Shown here piece after piece: positions 13,701 through 27,833 of a stretch of 64,000 bases of DNA. Source of the stretch: Chrysomallon squamiferum (lineage: Eukaryota; Animalia; Mollusca); assembly GCA_012295275.1 (NCBI GenBank), contig CM022665.1, forward strand, positions 1,860,001 through 1,924,000, written 5' to 3'. Both the position numbers and the translations under genes were made by a program. Under the pieces are notes generated by a model. It had not been told where the DNA came from. It was given only the letters and a program-made list of their open reading frames with translations, and made no database searches. Each line of letters opens with the position of its first letter. Position 1 is the first letter of the stretch.

Positions 13701-15363
13701 TTACTGAATAAGACGTACACAAGCTCTATACTAGGTTTTTCATTTTATATCCTTCTACATAAATGAGGAACTGAATTATCAACAACATACCTTTTTCTCT
13801 GCAGCATCTTCTTCTTCTGTCTTCTGAGGTTCAGGCTCTCGTGAATCTCTGAAAGGTGTGGAAAACCAAGATTTAATTCCAGATCCAATGCTACTGAACC
13901 AGCCCCTACAAAGTGTAGGAAAAATGCTGTTGTTCTTTTAGTTCACCTTAGAAGACATTACAAGGTTTTAATATTTTTGTTCAATACCACAATTATTACA
14001 AAAGAAACAACATCTGTTTACTGAACCTCTTTTAAAGAATAAATCAAAAATGTAATTGAGAAATAAAGAATAGGCTTCATGATCCTTATAATGTTGTACA
14101 TAAAAATGTAAATTATAAGTAACAGATAAAAATACATACGGTTTAATTCTTAAGTGTTCAAATTTGAGAAGACCCAATGCATTTAGACTGACAACCGGCT
14201 TGTCTTCTGAATAGAGGTCAATTTTAAAAGGGTCAGCAGATATTACACCCGTTATATCTTCCATTTTGAATGTAATGCTACGCCTGGAGCTTTCATCAAC
14301 TTTCATCCTGAAAATGACATTAAAATAATGAAATATAAAACTATTATTTTCAGTAAGTTTCTAAGTATAGAATTCACAAACAAGTACTGTTTATAATAAA
14401 TTATTATTTTAAAATAAAATACAAAATGTAACATTAACAGAAATAACATTTACTAACAGTTAAAAAATGCATTCCTTTTTATTGAGCAAACAAAAACAAC
14501 AGAATAAAAAAATTTAAAATTACAGAAGATATGTTCTTTGGCTTTGCTAGACAAACTACTTGATGAAATCAGAAAACATACTTACTCCTGAGGTAAAGGT
14601 TCTTTGGTTAACACCTCTCCATAAGGTATTTCATATCTAAGTTTCAATGGAGAGAGCTCATTGATTTTGAACCTAACTGTTTTGTCCTGAAGACCAAATA
14701 TTTGCAATATAAATTTTTGATCATTTTGTTTATTTATTAACTGTAATTCTATTGATGTGGATGTTGTTCTAAGAGAATTCAACAAAGCTTTATATGATGA
14801 CTGTCCTGCTTCTGTACTTCGCTGGCGTCTGAAAAATATATTTCAGAATAGAGTATACTGTAAATAACCAGAAAAATAAATATATTCAATAATTTATATA
14901 ATGGTATTTTCAAAATGGTGACATATATTAATAACATGTGTATCAAGGCAAAATAAAAAATGTCCAACAGATCTCAATGATTTTCTAAATTTACATCAGT
15001 TATATATATTATTATATTATTATAGTTAGAATTATAACTTACTTGCAGAATCCACTCTGGTCACAAGCTTTAAAGTTATCCCTACTGACAGACAGACACT
15101 GGGACACAAGCATGATCAGGCAAACAGTGAAATGTACAAGAACGTTTTTACTCTGAAGTAGAAAAGAAAGTCTGTTCTAAATATTCAATGACTTCACTAC
15201 AAGATGTTAACCTACTGGTATATTTTTCAACAGGTTTGATTTAATTTACTTAGTCAGTGTATTAGGTATAACGATTTAAAATCATTGTAATGGTATGTTA
15301 AAAACAGGATTACTGTTATTGTGTTACGCACAGACATACTTCTGTTTCGAATGAAGACATCAT
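4205..15363 (-). CDS. GANAB: Neutral alpha-glucosidase AB (ER glucosidase II alpha subunit, GH31), multi-exon
   Basis: Exons in transcription order, all GT-AG with matching phases: 15363-15340 (MMSSFETE, tentative start), 15152-15043 (signal peptide, [14 protein letters not shown]), 14828-14586, 14307-14140, 13905(or 13848)-13791, 13365-13245 ([15 protein letters not shown]), 12955-12859, 12465-12364 ([12 protein letters not shown]), 11941-11863, 11537-11364, 10955-10894 (YHQCRWNY), 10673-10596 (WLDIEH), 10370-10168, [9927-9704 or 9657-9434] ([10 protein letters not shown], nucleophile), 7569-7473, 7159-6999 (WTGDN, acid/base), 6736-6487, 6241-6165, 5914-5840, 5471-5359, 5127-5018, 4884-4781, 4314-4205 (stop TAA). 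One 1-nt frameshift in a homopolymer at 5428-5433. Confidence 0.95.
9434..9657 (-). CDS. GANAB: GANAB duplicated catalytic exon, copy B
   Basis: 224 nt, TAG acceptor and GTATGG donor. Encodes [75 protein letters not shown]. Confidence 0.9.
9704..9927 (-). CDS. GANAB: GANAB duplicated catalytic exon, copy A
   Basis: 224 nt, TAG acceptor and GTAGGT donor. Encodes [75 protein letters not shown]. Confidence 0.9.
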
Positions 15364-18181
15364 TGTAAACCTTTCAAATTTAATCTCTAAAGTGATTATT
15401 AAAAGAGAGTTTGTAATTAAAGATTTGAATACAATGCACTTCATCAGAGTGAAGAAGCAGAAATTGTGTAGACAACCTACAGCATTATAAAAAACATTTT
15501 GAATCAATAAACAGAAGTGGAACAATAATTCACTATTCAAAATACATTCTCTTTCGTCTTAGATTTTGAAAAAACATCAAAAAAACAATAACAATTTGAT
15601 AGAAACCAAATAACATTTGTTATTTAAAACAAACATCATTTATCTCAGGTTAAGATCAATGAGTTGAAAGCTGTGATATTAAGCACAATCATTCATAACC
15701 AGATAAAACAGATAATTATTGATCTTTCTAAGCATCTGGTTAAAGCTTTTATATTCACAAACTAATATATGTAGCTCAATATTTTAAATCTACTGAAGTC
15801 AAACAAATACGATATGCACATATATAACCCATTAATAAAATACATTCATATATACATTTTTATAAGACAATACAATGATTATTAACTGCTCAATTACTAA
15901 AATAATAATAATAAAAAAGAAAAAAATATAATGAAATTTTATATCTAATGAGATAACCTGAAACTTCACCAATTAATTATAATAGAAAAATTTGAAATAA
16001 TATTGTGCATGTGTGTGTGTTTAAGTTGTGTATTGAGTTTTCTGAATACATTTTGCAAAACTTGTCACAATTTAATATTTAATTTTTACTTATTTCATGA
16101 TTGTCATGGCTTCCTAAACAATGGTGCATGTTCAAAGTGGCACTTGCATTAGTGAAAACAAAGGAAAATAGAAAATGAACTGAAAATAAATAAATTTCAA
16201 AGTATTCAAATCACTGTTAATATCATCATGAAATATTTATTACATTAATTTATTTGACATGTATCCATTATAACAAGTGCTGTTTACCTGTACTTTCAAA
16301 CACACATGCACACTAATCATCAACATGAAATGTTTTCTTTTACTTCCATCAGTGAATTCACACATTTCTACACAGAAACATCTCGATATCCTAGACTACT
16401 GATCTGTCCAGTCAGAAACTTAGCATCTTTTTTCAGTGCAGCAAATTATCAATTAAAGTAAGTATCACAAATTAATTTTTTTTACAAAGTAGCATAAAAG
16501 TTCATAAAGAATAAATACTGTTATATGATCAGCAGACATCAGTGAAAGTGAAATACAGCTAGTTAATTTTTAATATAATGAAACTTCATAATCAACCTGC
16601 TCTTTCAACATTCACATCTTTCTTTTCTTTTCTTTAATGCAAATTTTTTTTCACTTCCATTTTGTTGGCCACTAATGTACACATATTTAACAAGTCAAAT
16701 TCAAAAATATTTTTGGATTGTTTGAATTTGGTTTTTTTTTTTTTTTTTAAGACGTTCCTTATATACCATAAATATCAAAAGGTCAGCAATGTAACAGATA
16801 TATCACAAAGCTAAGTGCTTTGATTTGGTATTTTAAACTATAATTTTATTTTTGTGACTAAGATTTTAAAGTAAATGGTTTATATTTCTTATTTCTATAT
16901 CTGATTCAATTATTTTTTGTAATCTGGCATACTGTTAAATATAAAATATCTAAGACAGTATGAAACCAAAAACCAGTTTCTCCAAATTATAAGAACAAAT
17001 AATTTAGCTCAGAACTGAATATCATTTTACCATTAGTTGAATTATGCCAAAGTACAATTTTAATTTTGCAAATGGTTAAGATTAATTAGTTGGATCCTGG
17101 TTCAAATATAAATAAATTTAATTTCGTATGGAAAACATCTTTCAAAAACTTATTAGAACCTGAATAAAATTTAGTGTTAAAGTTAGCATTAATTTAGAAA
17201 AGGGGCTCTCAGAAATATGTGTAGTTTAAATGTTATCAGTGTATTGTTGTCTTGAAGTGGCTAAACTGCCAGCATGTAATTCTTTTATATGACAGGCTAT
17301 ACAAATGGCAGGTACTCCTTGTCCCAGGAATGTTGTCATCAGTGGTAATGACTAAGTAATGGTAGTTTGCTAAAATCCTGCAGGGGTTCAAATTAACACT
17401 GTTCATTTTGTTTATCATTATTATAACGAGTACCTGTCATTGGTATTAGCACTGATATTGATTAGGACACGACAAGGTATAATTTATCTACTGGAAGTAG
17501 GTGTATACACTACACCATTTCAGTGTCTATACACTAATCGTTCATTTAACAGAATAATAAAAAACTGTACATATTTTCTTTATTCTGTTTAGATAATGAT
17601 CAAAATTATTTCATACTTCTAAAAGGATTTATCATTATGAAAATCGTAAAACAACAAATAAAATCCATAAAAAGCATATAAATAATTCATTAAAAAAAAA
17701 GGGTGAAAAAGTGTTACAAACATAATAAAGAATTAATACTAATAGTTTCCGATAATCGTGTACTAAAAAATTGATCTATAATTTATTCATGACGATTATT
17801 ATCTGTATGCTAAACAAACACAAACATAGTCAAACAATAAACTTACAAAATTATACATTATTATTTATATATTAGATGACTCTCCAACAAACACAACAAT
17901 CCTCGTGTAAAATGTCGACTGGCCTTTTTAAAGCAAAGTTATGAGAATTAAAAGATAGCCACATATTCGTATTTAGTTTTACAAACTGGCGGAAAAAAAG
18001 AAACAAAAAACTAAAACTAAAACACAACAGAAAATTAAGAAATATTAAATGAAAATATTTGTGATAGTTGTAAAAAGATATTAATTAAATGATTTATTAC
18101 TGTATTTATTAATTTTTATTAATAAATAAATCTGAATGGCGGATTGACGGAGAAGACCTACAGAAGCCCCTTAGTACCAAG

Positions 18182-18250
18182 CAGGGCCGGCGCTACCATA
18201 TAGGCAAATAAGGCAGCCGTCTAGAGAGCTGATTTCAGAGGGCGCATTTC
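18182..18250 (+). mobile_element. Probable hAT-type transposon terminus (fragment)
   Basis: GC-rich CAGGGCCGGCGCTA... start typical of hAT termini. No matching opposite end was found. Confidence 0.35.
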
Positions 18251-19184
18251 AACAGTTTTGAAAAATAAATAAATAAATTTTAGTTTTACTGAGGGTCGGT
18301 TTTTTTTTTTTGGGGGGGGTATCCTAGTTTATTTCATACAGGGACAAAAATCGGTTAGATTCTGTCTGACCGGAACAAGCAAAATAAGTGAGTGAAAATC
18401 GCGCATACACGAAACTTTCAGGACATAATTATGTTCGCCTGTTTTTATAGCCGTGGAACCAAACTGAGGGAATTAACTCGTTATTTTAATGGTATAAACA
18501 AGGAAAGAAATCCCCGTGTGGAGTATTTAATGTCTAGCCTCTAGATATCGCATAGGATGTTGAAAATAAATGTTTTAAAAATATCGCAGGCGCAAATCTG
18601 CTGTGAAAGAATATTTTATCGAAAGATAAGGCTTTAAACGTATCCTATTTTGGGTGGAGAAACACGAAAGTGCCAAACTAATGATTTTGGCTGCCTTGTC
18701 TGCCTTTAAGGTGCTTTTGCTTTAGGAACTTGACAGGAATACCCCGTTAAACTATCCAGTACTGTATATTGCAGACATATTTATAAATATACAGAAAACA
18801 TTTGTATGCATAGAAAATATAAGAATATATGATGATGATGATGAAACTTAGTCTAGAGTGTTGCAGCATAAAAAAAGTAAGCACAAAAAAAAAAAAAAAA
18901 AAAAAAACGTTTATTTTAAAGCAACAGAATTTGGCCTGACTACAAACAGAATGAGAAATATAGTTTCTCGCATTTAAATAACATTTTGAAACAGTTTTCT
19001 TTTAATGTTATACTTTAATATTAGCTGAAATGTATAAACAATAAATAAATAAAATACTGGCCTGAAATGTTTAGTAATATTAAAAGTTCGTAACATACTG
19101 CAGGACAATCAATATTTTATTTTCGTCTGAAAGGTAGGACGAACCTTAGTTGCTTGAGACCAGTATATTATTACTATAATAAAT

Positions 19185-19222
<38 letters not shown>

Positions 19223-20547
19223 TGTAACGGGGATGTCTTTTCAGTGTATCAAAACTTGTATAATGTCAATAATGTAATGTAACCAAACTTCGTCCCATCA
19301 CAAGATAATAAACAATTCAGATTTCAGGCATTGTTATCCCAGTATGAAGTTAACTTTAGCTCCATTATACTAAATAGTTAACAGGAATTCATATATCCGA
19401 AACAAAAGGACAAGTCGTATGCAGAATTAAGATATGTTATTTTATAAACTGAAAGTTAAAGAAAAACTGAATGACTTAATACTATAAATATATTTTGAAA
19501 GTTAAAGTTCCAAGTTCACAGAATGTTTATCGTTCACTGGCGACCTACAAGAACGAAAGAACGAACGATATTTCGTCCCAGTTTCGCATAAGAATAAACA
19601 AACGACTTCTCGTCAGAATTTGACAACTTTTCGTTCAATGAAGAAATGTATACAAGACGAGGTCGAACGAAACGGAAACTGTTTCTGTGATGTTGACATA
19701 GTTGTAAGGAGAAGAAGGAGTGTTCTTCCTCCTGAGAACGTTGTTTTTTATATAATAATGTCGAGAATTAACTGACAATTTATTTACTACAAAAACAACA
19801 ACAACAACGACACAAATGTACGCAGCTGGACCAAGCAACGCTTTGATAGATCAAAGGTTACTGATAAAAATATCAGTACTTAGGAAAATGTAATACTGTT
19901 TTTAAAGTTTGCTGTCATCTCGCTGATGTACAAATTAGTGTCTGCAGAATTATAGAATCCGCGGAGACGTAAATGTGCATATATACTAAGTATTACACTA
20001 GTTGTGAAAATATATGTAATTAAATAAATGCAAATTATTAAAACGTCTGAATAATATTCTTATTTCTTTTTGCTATCACTTTATTATTATAACCCACTGA
20101 ATTAATGAAGTGATAGCTATCAGATAATTAACTGTAAAGAAAATGATTCAAACTTAAAAAAGTAATTTGCAATTCAACTAATCTAAATTAAGCTACATAA
20201 TGTTTATGTAAGCATTTCACAGTGTTACTTTTTAAATTAGTGTATGTGACAATTATCTGGCGGTCTCTCGAAATTAAAGTGCGGCTGATAGTAGTCCTCT
20301 GGCGGCAATCCCTCCAGAAAACATTTGTTTTCATCTATGGCGCTAATGGGTTTCCATAGGCCCCTATTCAAAACGCTTTTGAAAATAATAGACTAATACT
20401 CGTCGATTTGCGCAACATATAAATAGATTCCATCGAAAAGTTGTTTACTTCCGTTGTGATTCTCAACGGCGAAAACAACACTTAGATTGGTTATCCATAG
20501 TTTCATAGCAAAGGAACGACGTATTTTTATATTTTATTTTATTTATA

Positions 20548-21125
20548 ATGTCTTGTAGTGGAGACAAATCAGTACATTTATCAAGTAAGTATGTCGTTAG
20601 AAAATATCCAATTTATTTCACCGAAAGTGAAATAATTTCACAACGGATTTGTGAGTTAACTTACCTTGAGCTTAAGGTTAACCTGACATATACTGATTCA
20701 GATAGCTCTGTAATGATTTTCGATATCGCATGGTGTTAAAATTGAATTATAAATTAACATTTTAGTATTGTAAGCTCAGATACTTGATAATCGTGGTATG
20801 CGAGTTATTCCATTTCTAGTTGTTAGCACAAACACAAGACTACTGCCGTACTGGTTAAATATTAGTGAGTTGTCTCATAACTGTACCGAATGAACATTCA
20901 CACAGAATCACCAGTTAGTGTCAGTCAAATGTGTCAGATCATCAGTTCTTGAGACACACACACACACACACACACAATTTTTTAATATTAACCCTATTTT
21001 GTTTATTTTTCTAGCAAATTCTGCAAGATTAAAGTCAGGATATCTTAAAAAGTTCAACAGTAAGTATATGTTTAAACATTAAAATGCTACTGAATTTTTG
21101 AATGGCAGTTCATGTAAAAAATCAA

Positions 21126-21190
<65 letters not shown>

Positions 21191-24100
21191 GAATTGGTAG
21201 ACTTGTAATAACCATTATTGTGATAGTTTTTGAATTTCACCAAGTACATCTTTTCTACAAAATATATATTTTACAATGTCAAACACACCATGAATAAATG
21301 TGTAAAAATAAATTTAATATGAACAGTTACTTTTAATGACAGTCAAATGTTTCTTGTAAGTTGTAAAATTATGGCTTGAGTTTGGAAACCTGCAGTCACC
21401 ATGGACTAATCCTACTAATTAGCAGCAAAGGAATCTATCAATTCATTTCCTTAGACAGGAAGGATATACAATGACATTTTGAAAAACTCATGCTTAAATT
21501 ACAAACATTTATTATTAAAATTACATATAATACAGTATAAATAACACTGAATCAAACCATATAACATTTCTGATTTTAGAGGGTTTCTTTTCCAAAAGCT
21601 GGGATCCAGAATTATTCGTTTTGTACCAGGACAGTACACTAGCCTGGTTCAAAAATGAAAAAAGCATTAATCCAAAAGGGAGTGTGTTTTTGAAGGTAAT
21701 TCAGTATGCACAAACAATTTAACATTTAATTTTAAATGTTTGTTATTACATATCTGATTTTTACTTTATGCTGGGCTGGGTTGTTTTAATTTTATTAGTC
21801 ATGTTTTGTTGTTGATTGAAACATTTTTACAATATCTGTTTTCATACATTAGATATCTCACATTATTGTTAGAGCACCTACTTGTACAGATATGTATATC
21901 ATTTAGAGTATTCAATTCATTCCTGCTGGTGTTGAACATTTCATATACATTGTTTTAGATGTGTTTACAAAATATTTAATTACTTTTGTAAATAGACTGG
22001 ATTGAATTGTGGCATATTTCTACTTTTGAAATTCCAGTGAGCAGTTATTAAACATTTGATGAATTACACAAGTATTTAAGTATACAAAACTGTATTCATA
22101 TCCTTAGTGCTGGTGAATTTATGAATATTTTTACCATCTGCTACATAAAATGCATATTAATAACTGATCATATAAGTTATGTATCTGGCAGTTGATAAAA
22201 ACTAAAATATTCTGAAATGTTCTTTTAAAACAACTTTTTTTTTTTTTTTAAACAAAATGTATTTGTAATATTGTGTTTGCTGAAGATATTTCAGATATAT
22301 AATACTATTAATTTACTAATGACGACTGGTTTATAAAGTAAGTTATATGTAATAAATTTATACTTTGGCTGAAGATATTGGAATTAAATTAATGATAATT
22401 ACAATATCAGTCATAAAGATAGAAATGTTTTTGTTTTCACTCAGCTACTACAGTAGCGTAAACTATGACAAAATGAATGTTTTTAATATTTTACTTTGTA
22501 CAAAGGATGTTTGTCAGTTCCTTGCTGTTGGATTAGTATGTCAACAAGTTCCAAAACGGCCAGATCTGCCAAAAGGAGGACGACTGACAAATTTAATAGG
22601 AATTCCAAAACAGCCTAGCACTAAGACTGAAATGGTTTGGGCTCTCTGTTCAAATGAAGATGATATAAAGTAAGCTTTTGATTTTATAAAATTCAAATAG
22701 TTTATTTATCATGTTAATGATACATCTTTATATATATTTATGAATTAATAATCTTATCACACTATTTCAAAAGATAAATTAAATATTTTGTGTGTTTTAG
22801 GTCCTGGGTTGAAGCAATCATTAGTGTGGTAAGTACAATAAAATGAGACATATATTTATTATTTTAATTTATTTATTTATTTATATAATTTATTTATTAC
22901 CTGTTAATTTCACACCAGTAATCATTTAAAAATCTTCACTACAAAGTTTTGCCTTAAATCATAGTAGCTTTTAATATTTCTATTATGTTTATTTACTCTA
23001 TCAATAGTTTCTTGAAGAGAAATTATAAAACATTTTCAAGTCATGAAAACGTATTTTTAAGGCAGGACACATACATGTATCATGGTTTTGTACTATAGTC
23101 ACTGTATATTAATTAGTAGTACTAGTTCTTTTGTTATGATTTGTGACACTATTATCAAGTTACATGCATTGCTAGTTGAATTTATATGAAAGTACATTAT
23201 TTTTGCAGTTACCTCCACCACCACAACCACCACCTCAGGGACAGCCAGGTGGGCCTCCAGGGCCTCCTCCTCCAGGGGTTCCTCCAGGACCACCACCCCC
23301 TGGTTTTCAACCAGGATACACTCAAGGTACAAAACTGTTGAAATGTGCATTCCAAAATACCAGTACATTTTTATTTTCCTTCAGTAATGTTTCTTTATAA
23401 ATGCAATATTGTTGATTTGTTCTGCAACATATTGTTATAAATCAATGAAAAAAACATTTTCTGTTCAGATCTGCTAATCTTCATGTGTATCTGATCAATT
23501 TCACTTGCTGCTTGTACTGACATCATCATCTTTCCTCATTTATCAGAATCTGTGTGTTTAATATTTAGTATAATAACTATTTAAAAGCACAGTTTGCTTA
23601 TTTATATATTTTTTTAATCCTTTTTGTATCTCAGTTTCTTAAAAAAAAAAAAAAAAAAAAAAAGAAGAATAATCATTATTATTTTGGTGTCACAAACAAA
23701 ATGTTCTTTATTAGATATAGAATGATTCCTTTATTTTGAAGAGATGTATGTTCCTATTTCCTAGGACAGCCAGCGTATCCACCACCACAAAGAGGATTTG
23801 GTGGGACAGCACCACCACCAAATTACGGACCACGACAAGGTGCTTACCCACAGCAGCAGCATGTGCCACAAAGGGGTGGCCCAGGTGGTAACACTACAGT
23901 GATAGTGCAGGACAGAGACAGAGGTGGATCTGATGGTTTGGGTGGTTTTGCTACAGGTAAGTAACTTTGGGAAGGTTACTTTTAAGCAGAATGTTTATTA
24001 TGAAGGCAGTTTCTAAAAATGTGAAAGAACAAAGGCGGTGCTGTTCACGAATAATTAAACAGTATTGTTCTTCATTAAAGAAAATTAGTCAGTATTTTGG

Positions 24101-24701
24101 ACATAATGTGGTTGTTTTCTAATTAGTGTATATATGTTATTGTTTGTTATTTGTTCTTTGTGAGCAACACTGGAATTAAAATGTGTGATTTGAAAAAGTT
24201 GGAAACATCAAAGTTTTCACTGCTCAGGTATATTTTGACTCACTTTGACTGTCAAAATAATCTGGTTTTACAAATTTGATTAATGTGTAACATTATAAGA
24301 ATATAGATTTAACTAACACTAATTATTTTTCAGGAATGCTTCTTGGTGGTGCTTTGGGTTATGGAATGGCAAGACCTTTTGGATTTGGTTGGGGTGGTGG
24401 TTATTATGGAGGCTGGGGGGGTGGTTGGGGTGGCGGGTATCATGACTATGGTCCTGATTACCACATAGAAAATAATTACTACGTGGAAAACACAAACATT
24501 GAAAACACTGAAATCAATGAAACAAATGTGGAAAACAATTATGAAGATGGTCAGGAGTATGATGATGGTGGAGGATATGATGATGGTGGGGGATATGATG
24601 ATGGTGGGGGATATGATGATGGTGGGGGTTATGATGACTTTGGAGGAGGGGATGATTTTGGTGGTGGTTTTGATGGGGGTGATTTTGGAGGTGACTTCTA
24701 A
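20548..24701 (+). CDS. PH-domain protein, evectin/PLEKHB-like, paralog 1
   Basis: Exons 20548-20584, 21015-21059 (LKSGYLKKF), 21580-21695 (SWDPELFVLYQDSTLAWF), 22506-22669, 22801-22828 (SWVEAI, PH C-terminal helix Trp), 23209-23326 (Pro-rich), 23765-23956 (TTVIVQDRDR), 24334-24701 (GMLLGGALGYGM then Gly/Tyr/Asp tail). The layout PH domain, Pro/Tyr-rich linker, VII-basic segment, GMLxGxAxG matches evectins. Confidence 0.85.
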
Positions 24702-26557
24702 TGAAGAAAGCTTTAAAAAGATTTTAAAAGATACTATTCATTACTGCTGAAAGATAATCTGCTAATTAATAATTATAGATACATAAATAAATAAAAAGTT
24801 GCCCTTCAAAATATGCAAATTTGGATAGGACTGATAAAAACTAATTCCTATTTTGCATAGGTTAGCTGTATTATACAGAACTGAAAAGGCCTTGTTATTA
24901 AATTATGATACAATGACATTCAACATTTTTTTCACTTGGAATGTAGAATACACACTATATATAGGTGTGTTTTAACAAGACTTTTAGACCAAAGGCAATC
25001 ATCATTCTGAATCCATAGAGTACAGAATTAGACAGCTAACAAGATTTTTTAATTTTATAGAAATTAAAAAATCATTTCAGAATGACACTTTAATAACCGA
25101 TGTTCTTTTCAGTACTTTCATTTTGATTAAATAATTCAATAATCTAGCACTTATTTTCACCAGCATTTTTCACTATTTGAAAAAAATATATAATATATTT
25201 TAATTTATTTAATTTATTAAATATAGAATAGATAATAATGAAAATGTCTTATGTGCCTTTACATTTTTTGTTGATTGTCTGGGCAAAAAAAAAAGAAGAA
25301 TTGTGAATTATATTTATTATAATTTTATATTTGAATCAAGTAGAAATATTCAAACCAGTGAATTTTTTGATATATAGTTGATGTTTATTGTCAAGTATTT
25401 CAGTTTGTCTCAGAATAATACTTTTGTATGTCCACCAAGTTTGTAAATCAATTAGTTAAAAGAGGAATGAAAAATAATTTATACTGTGTCACATTTTAAT
25501 TTTTTAAAGAACAAAGCTGAATCAATGCTTGAAGAATTGAACAGGTTTTTAAGATTTTATTCAAATTGGATAATTGTCCAAGTTTTTGAGATTTTAAATA
25601 AAAGTATTTTCTTGTTGACAAACTTATTACTAAAATATAAAATTCATTTTAAATGACTGCTATTTTATTTATTTATTATTGTTATTATTATTTTTTTTTA
25701 AAGTGTTTAGTCACAGTGTAGGTGCACTTTATTTAAATTGTGATCTGTTTTCTAAATCTTGAATTATGTTTTGCAATCCTGAAATTGATTTAGAAGAAAC
25801 ATATTCAGTTTTCTTGCTGTTCAAATTATAATTATTATTTCAAATATTATAAATTTCTCTTTTTAAAGTTAATATTCAGTTTTTAAAACATTCAGTTTTC
25901 AGGGGTTTTACAAATATTTTTATTTCAGATTATTTGATTTTAATTTAAAAAAAAAAAAAAAATATTATAATTATTTTTGGCCAAGTCAGATCTGTTACAT
26001 TTTGTAACTACAATGTGATGCATAATGTTAAAAGGTAATTTTATTTTATTTACTTATGTATAACTTTATGGTACATGTGACATGAATATTACTGTTTCAA
26101 AAGTTTTATAAAAAATCAAATCTATCATACTTTTATGATACATATTTCTATTATTATCATATAATTATTTAACCAAATGAGTTATTTATTGTTTTGTTGA
26201 CGTGTGTAATATATGTATTATTTATACATTTCAAAATGATTATTATTATGTGATACCTTGTGGTTTTCATAGATCTGTGATATATTTTTATTCTTTATTT
26301 AAGGAAAAAACTGACCCAGCCTGTTTTTGTTCAGGCAGGATGTGTTTAGTTAGCATGTATTGTATTTACTATGTTAATATTTACAATATTCATTATAATA
26401 GTTGCACATACATTATTTCACATAACATTTTGCAGCAGGAAAGAAATGAAGGCAGCTGTGAAAGTAATTGTTTTCTTTTGAATATATACATGTACAATGT
26501 ACATGTATATAATCTCAAATTTAAAATCCATTTTCTTGTTAAAGAATTAGTAGTTAA

Positions 26558-27190
26558 GGAGACACACTAAGCAAAAAATGAAAATATTTAAGTGAACAAA
26601 ATTATTTTTTAGTTTTTGACACAACCATTTAGAAAATTTATATAAAAAATTTACTGTTTCAGATAAATGTTTCAGGGTTTTAGCAAAAGGAAGTGCATAC
26701 ATGCATATTACATAATAATGATGCATAACATCATCCCTTTAGCTATAAGTGGAAATATGGTTTATAAAACTTCATTTGTTTTTTTTATCACCGATCTTTT
26801 TTCATACAGAAAGAAAATCTTGGACAAAATTAACTATTCTTTTCATATAACCTTTATACATTTTTCTGTTGTTTCAAAATACAAATGAAAAACATCTTTC
26901 TTTTTAAAAATTATTTCTTTTGAAGTATCTAAACAAAGATTAATTTCTTTCTGTTATTTTGTAGAAATACATGATAAACCCCAGCAGTGTGAATATTATA
27001 TATAATATATACATTGGTTTGTGTTGGAGAGGTTCATAAAAAAAGCCAAACATAAAAGTAACCATCTATAATAAAAATATATAAAAAAAAAACTAGTACT
27101 AGTTTTTTATGATAATAAAAGGGAATTTCCATCAAGTTTCAATTTTGTAACATAAAAAATAATTATTTGTTTTTGCTACACGTGTCATAA
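26558..27190. mobile_element. Kolobok-like non-autonomous element, degenerate copy in opposite orientation to 42140-42839
   Basis: Starts TTAA-GGAGACACA. Long blocks (ATTTAGAAAATTTATATAAAAA, TTTCAGATAAATGTTTCAGG, AAAAGGAAGTGCATA, ATAAGTGGAAATATGGTTTAT) are reverse complements of 42140-42839. Confidence 0.7.
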
Positions 27191-27667
27191 TTTTAATGTT
27201 TTTTGTTTTGTTTTGCTAGAATATATTTATTGTAGATTGTCATGGTTTAGTTATTATACTTCAAAGTAGAAAGTGTGAAGTTAAACAATTTAACATAGAA
27301 AAAAATATATATATTTCAGATTTTAACTAAACATTACAACTACATTCATAACTTTTGAAAGTGTCTTAGGTTTATACAGAACCTTGTTAGTTCTTAATTC
27401 TATATGTTCTTTATTTATGTTAATCTACATGCTTTTTATTTTATTTTATTTTATTTTTTTAATTAAATGCACTTACATTTAGCTACCTCTTTTTTGTGAT
27501 TTGAAAACCTAACATATGTATTTTAATACAAAAAGGTATAGAATCATTTACTCTTCAGAGGCCAAATAGACACTTCTAAGTCAGTTTACTATAAATTGAA
27601 AAGTTTCCTGTAGTATGAAAGCATATTCTGAACTTCCATTACTTTAATATAGCTTTTTCTACCTTAA

Positions 27668-27833
27668 TGATTATTTTTAAAAATGTGTTTTTAAGTTGAA
27701 ACTAAATTTCTGCTTAACTTCAGAAATAATATATATGTGTGTGTGTATATATATATATAATTACATATATATTATTTCTTAAGTTAAGCAGAAATTTAGT
27801 TTCAACTTAAAAACACATTTTTAAAAATAATCA
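27668..27833. repeat. Near-perfect inverted repeat, ~71-bp arms
   Basis: 27668-27738 is the reverse complement of 27763-27833 with one mismatch; ~24-nt (TG)/(TA) spacer. Confidence 0.9.

Noticed and set aside
19223-19997. Possible solo LTR (TGTAAC...TTACA)
   Set aside because: No target-site duplication and no second copy in the window.
21410-21485. Degenerate SINE-like fragment (also 32370-32411) resembling gastropod repeats I recall
   Set aside because: Too short and diverged to support without a database search; used only as a weak hint about the taxon.
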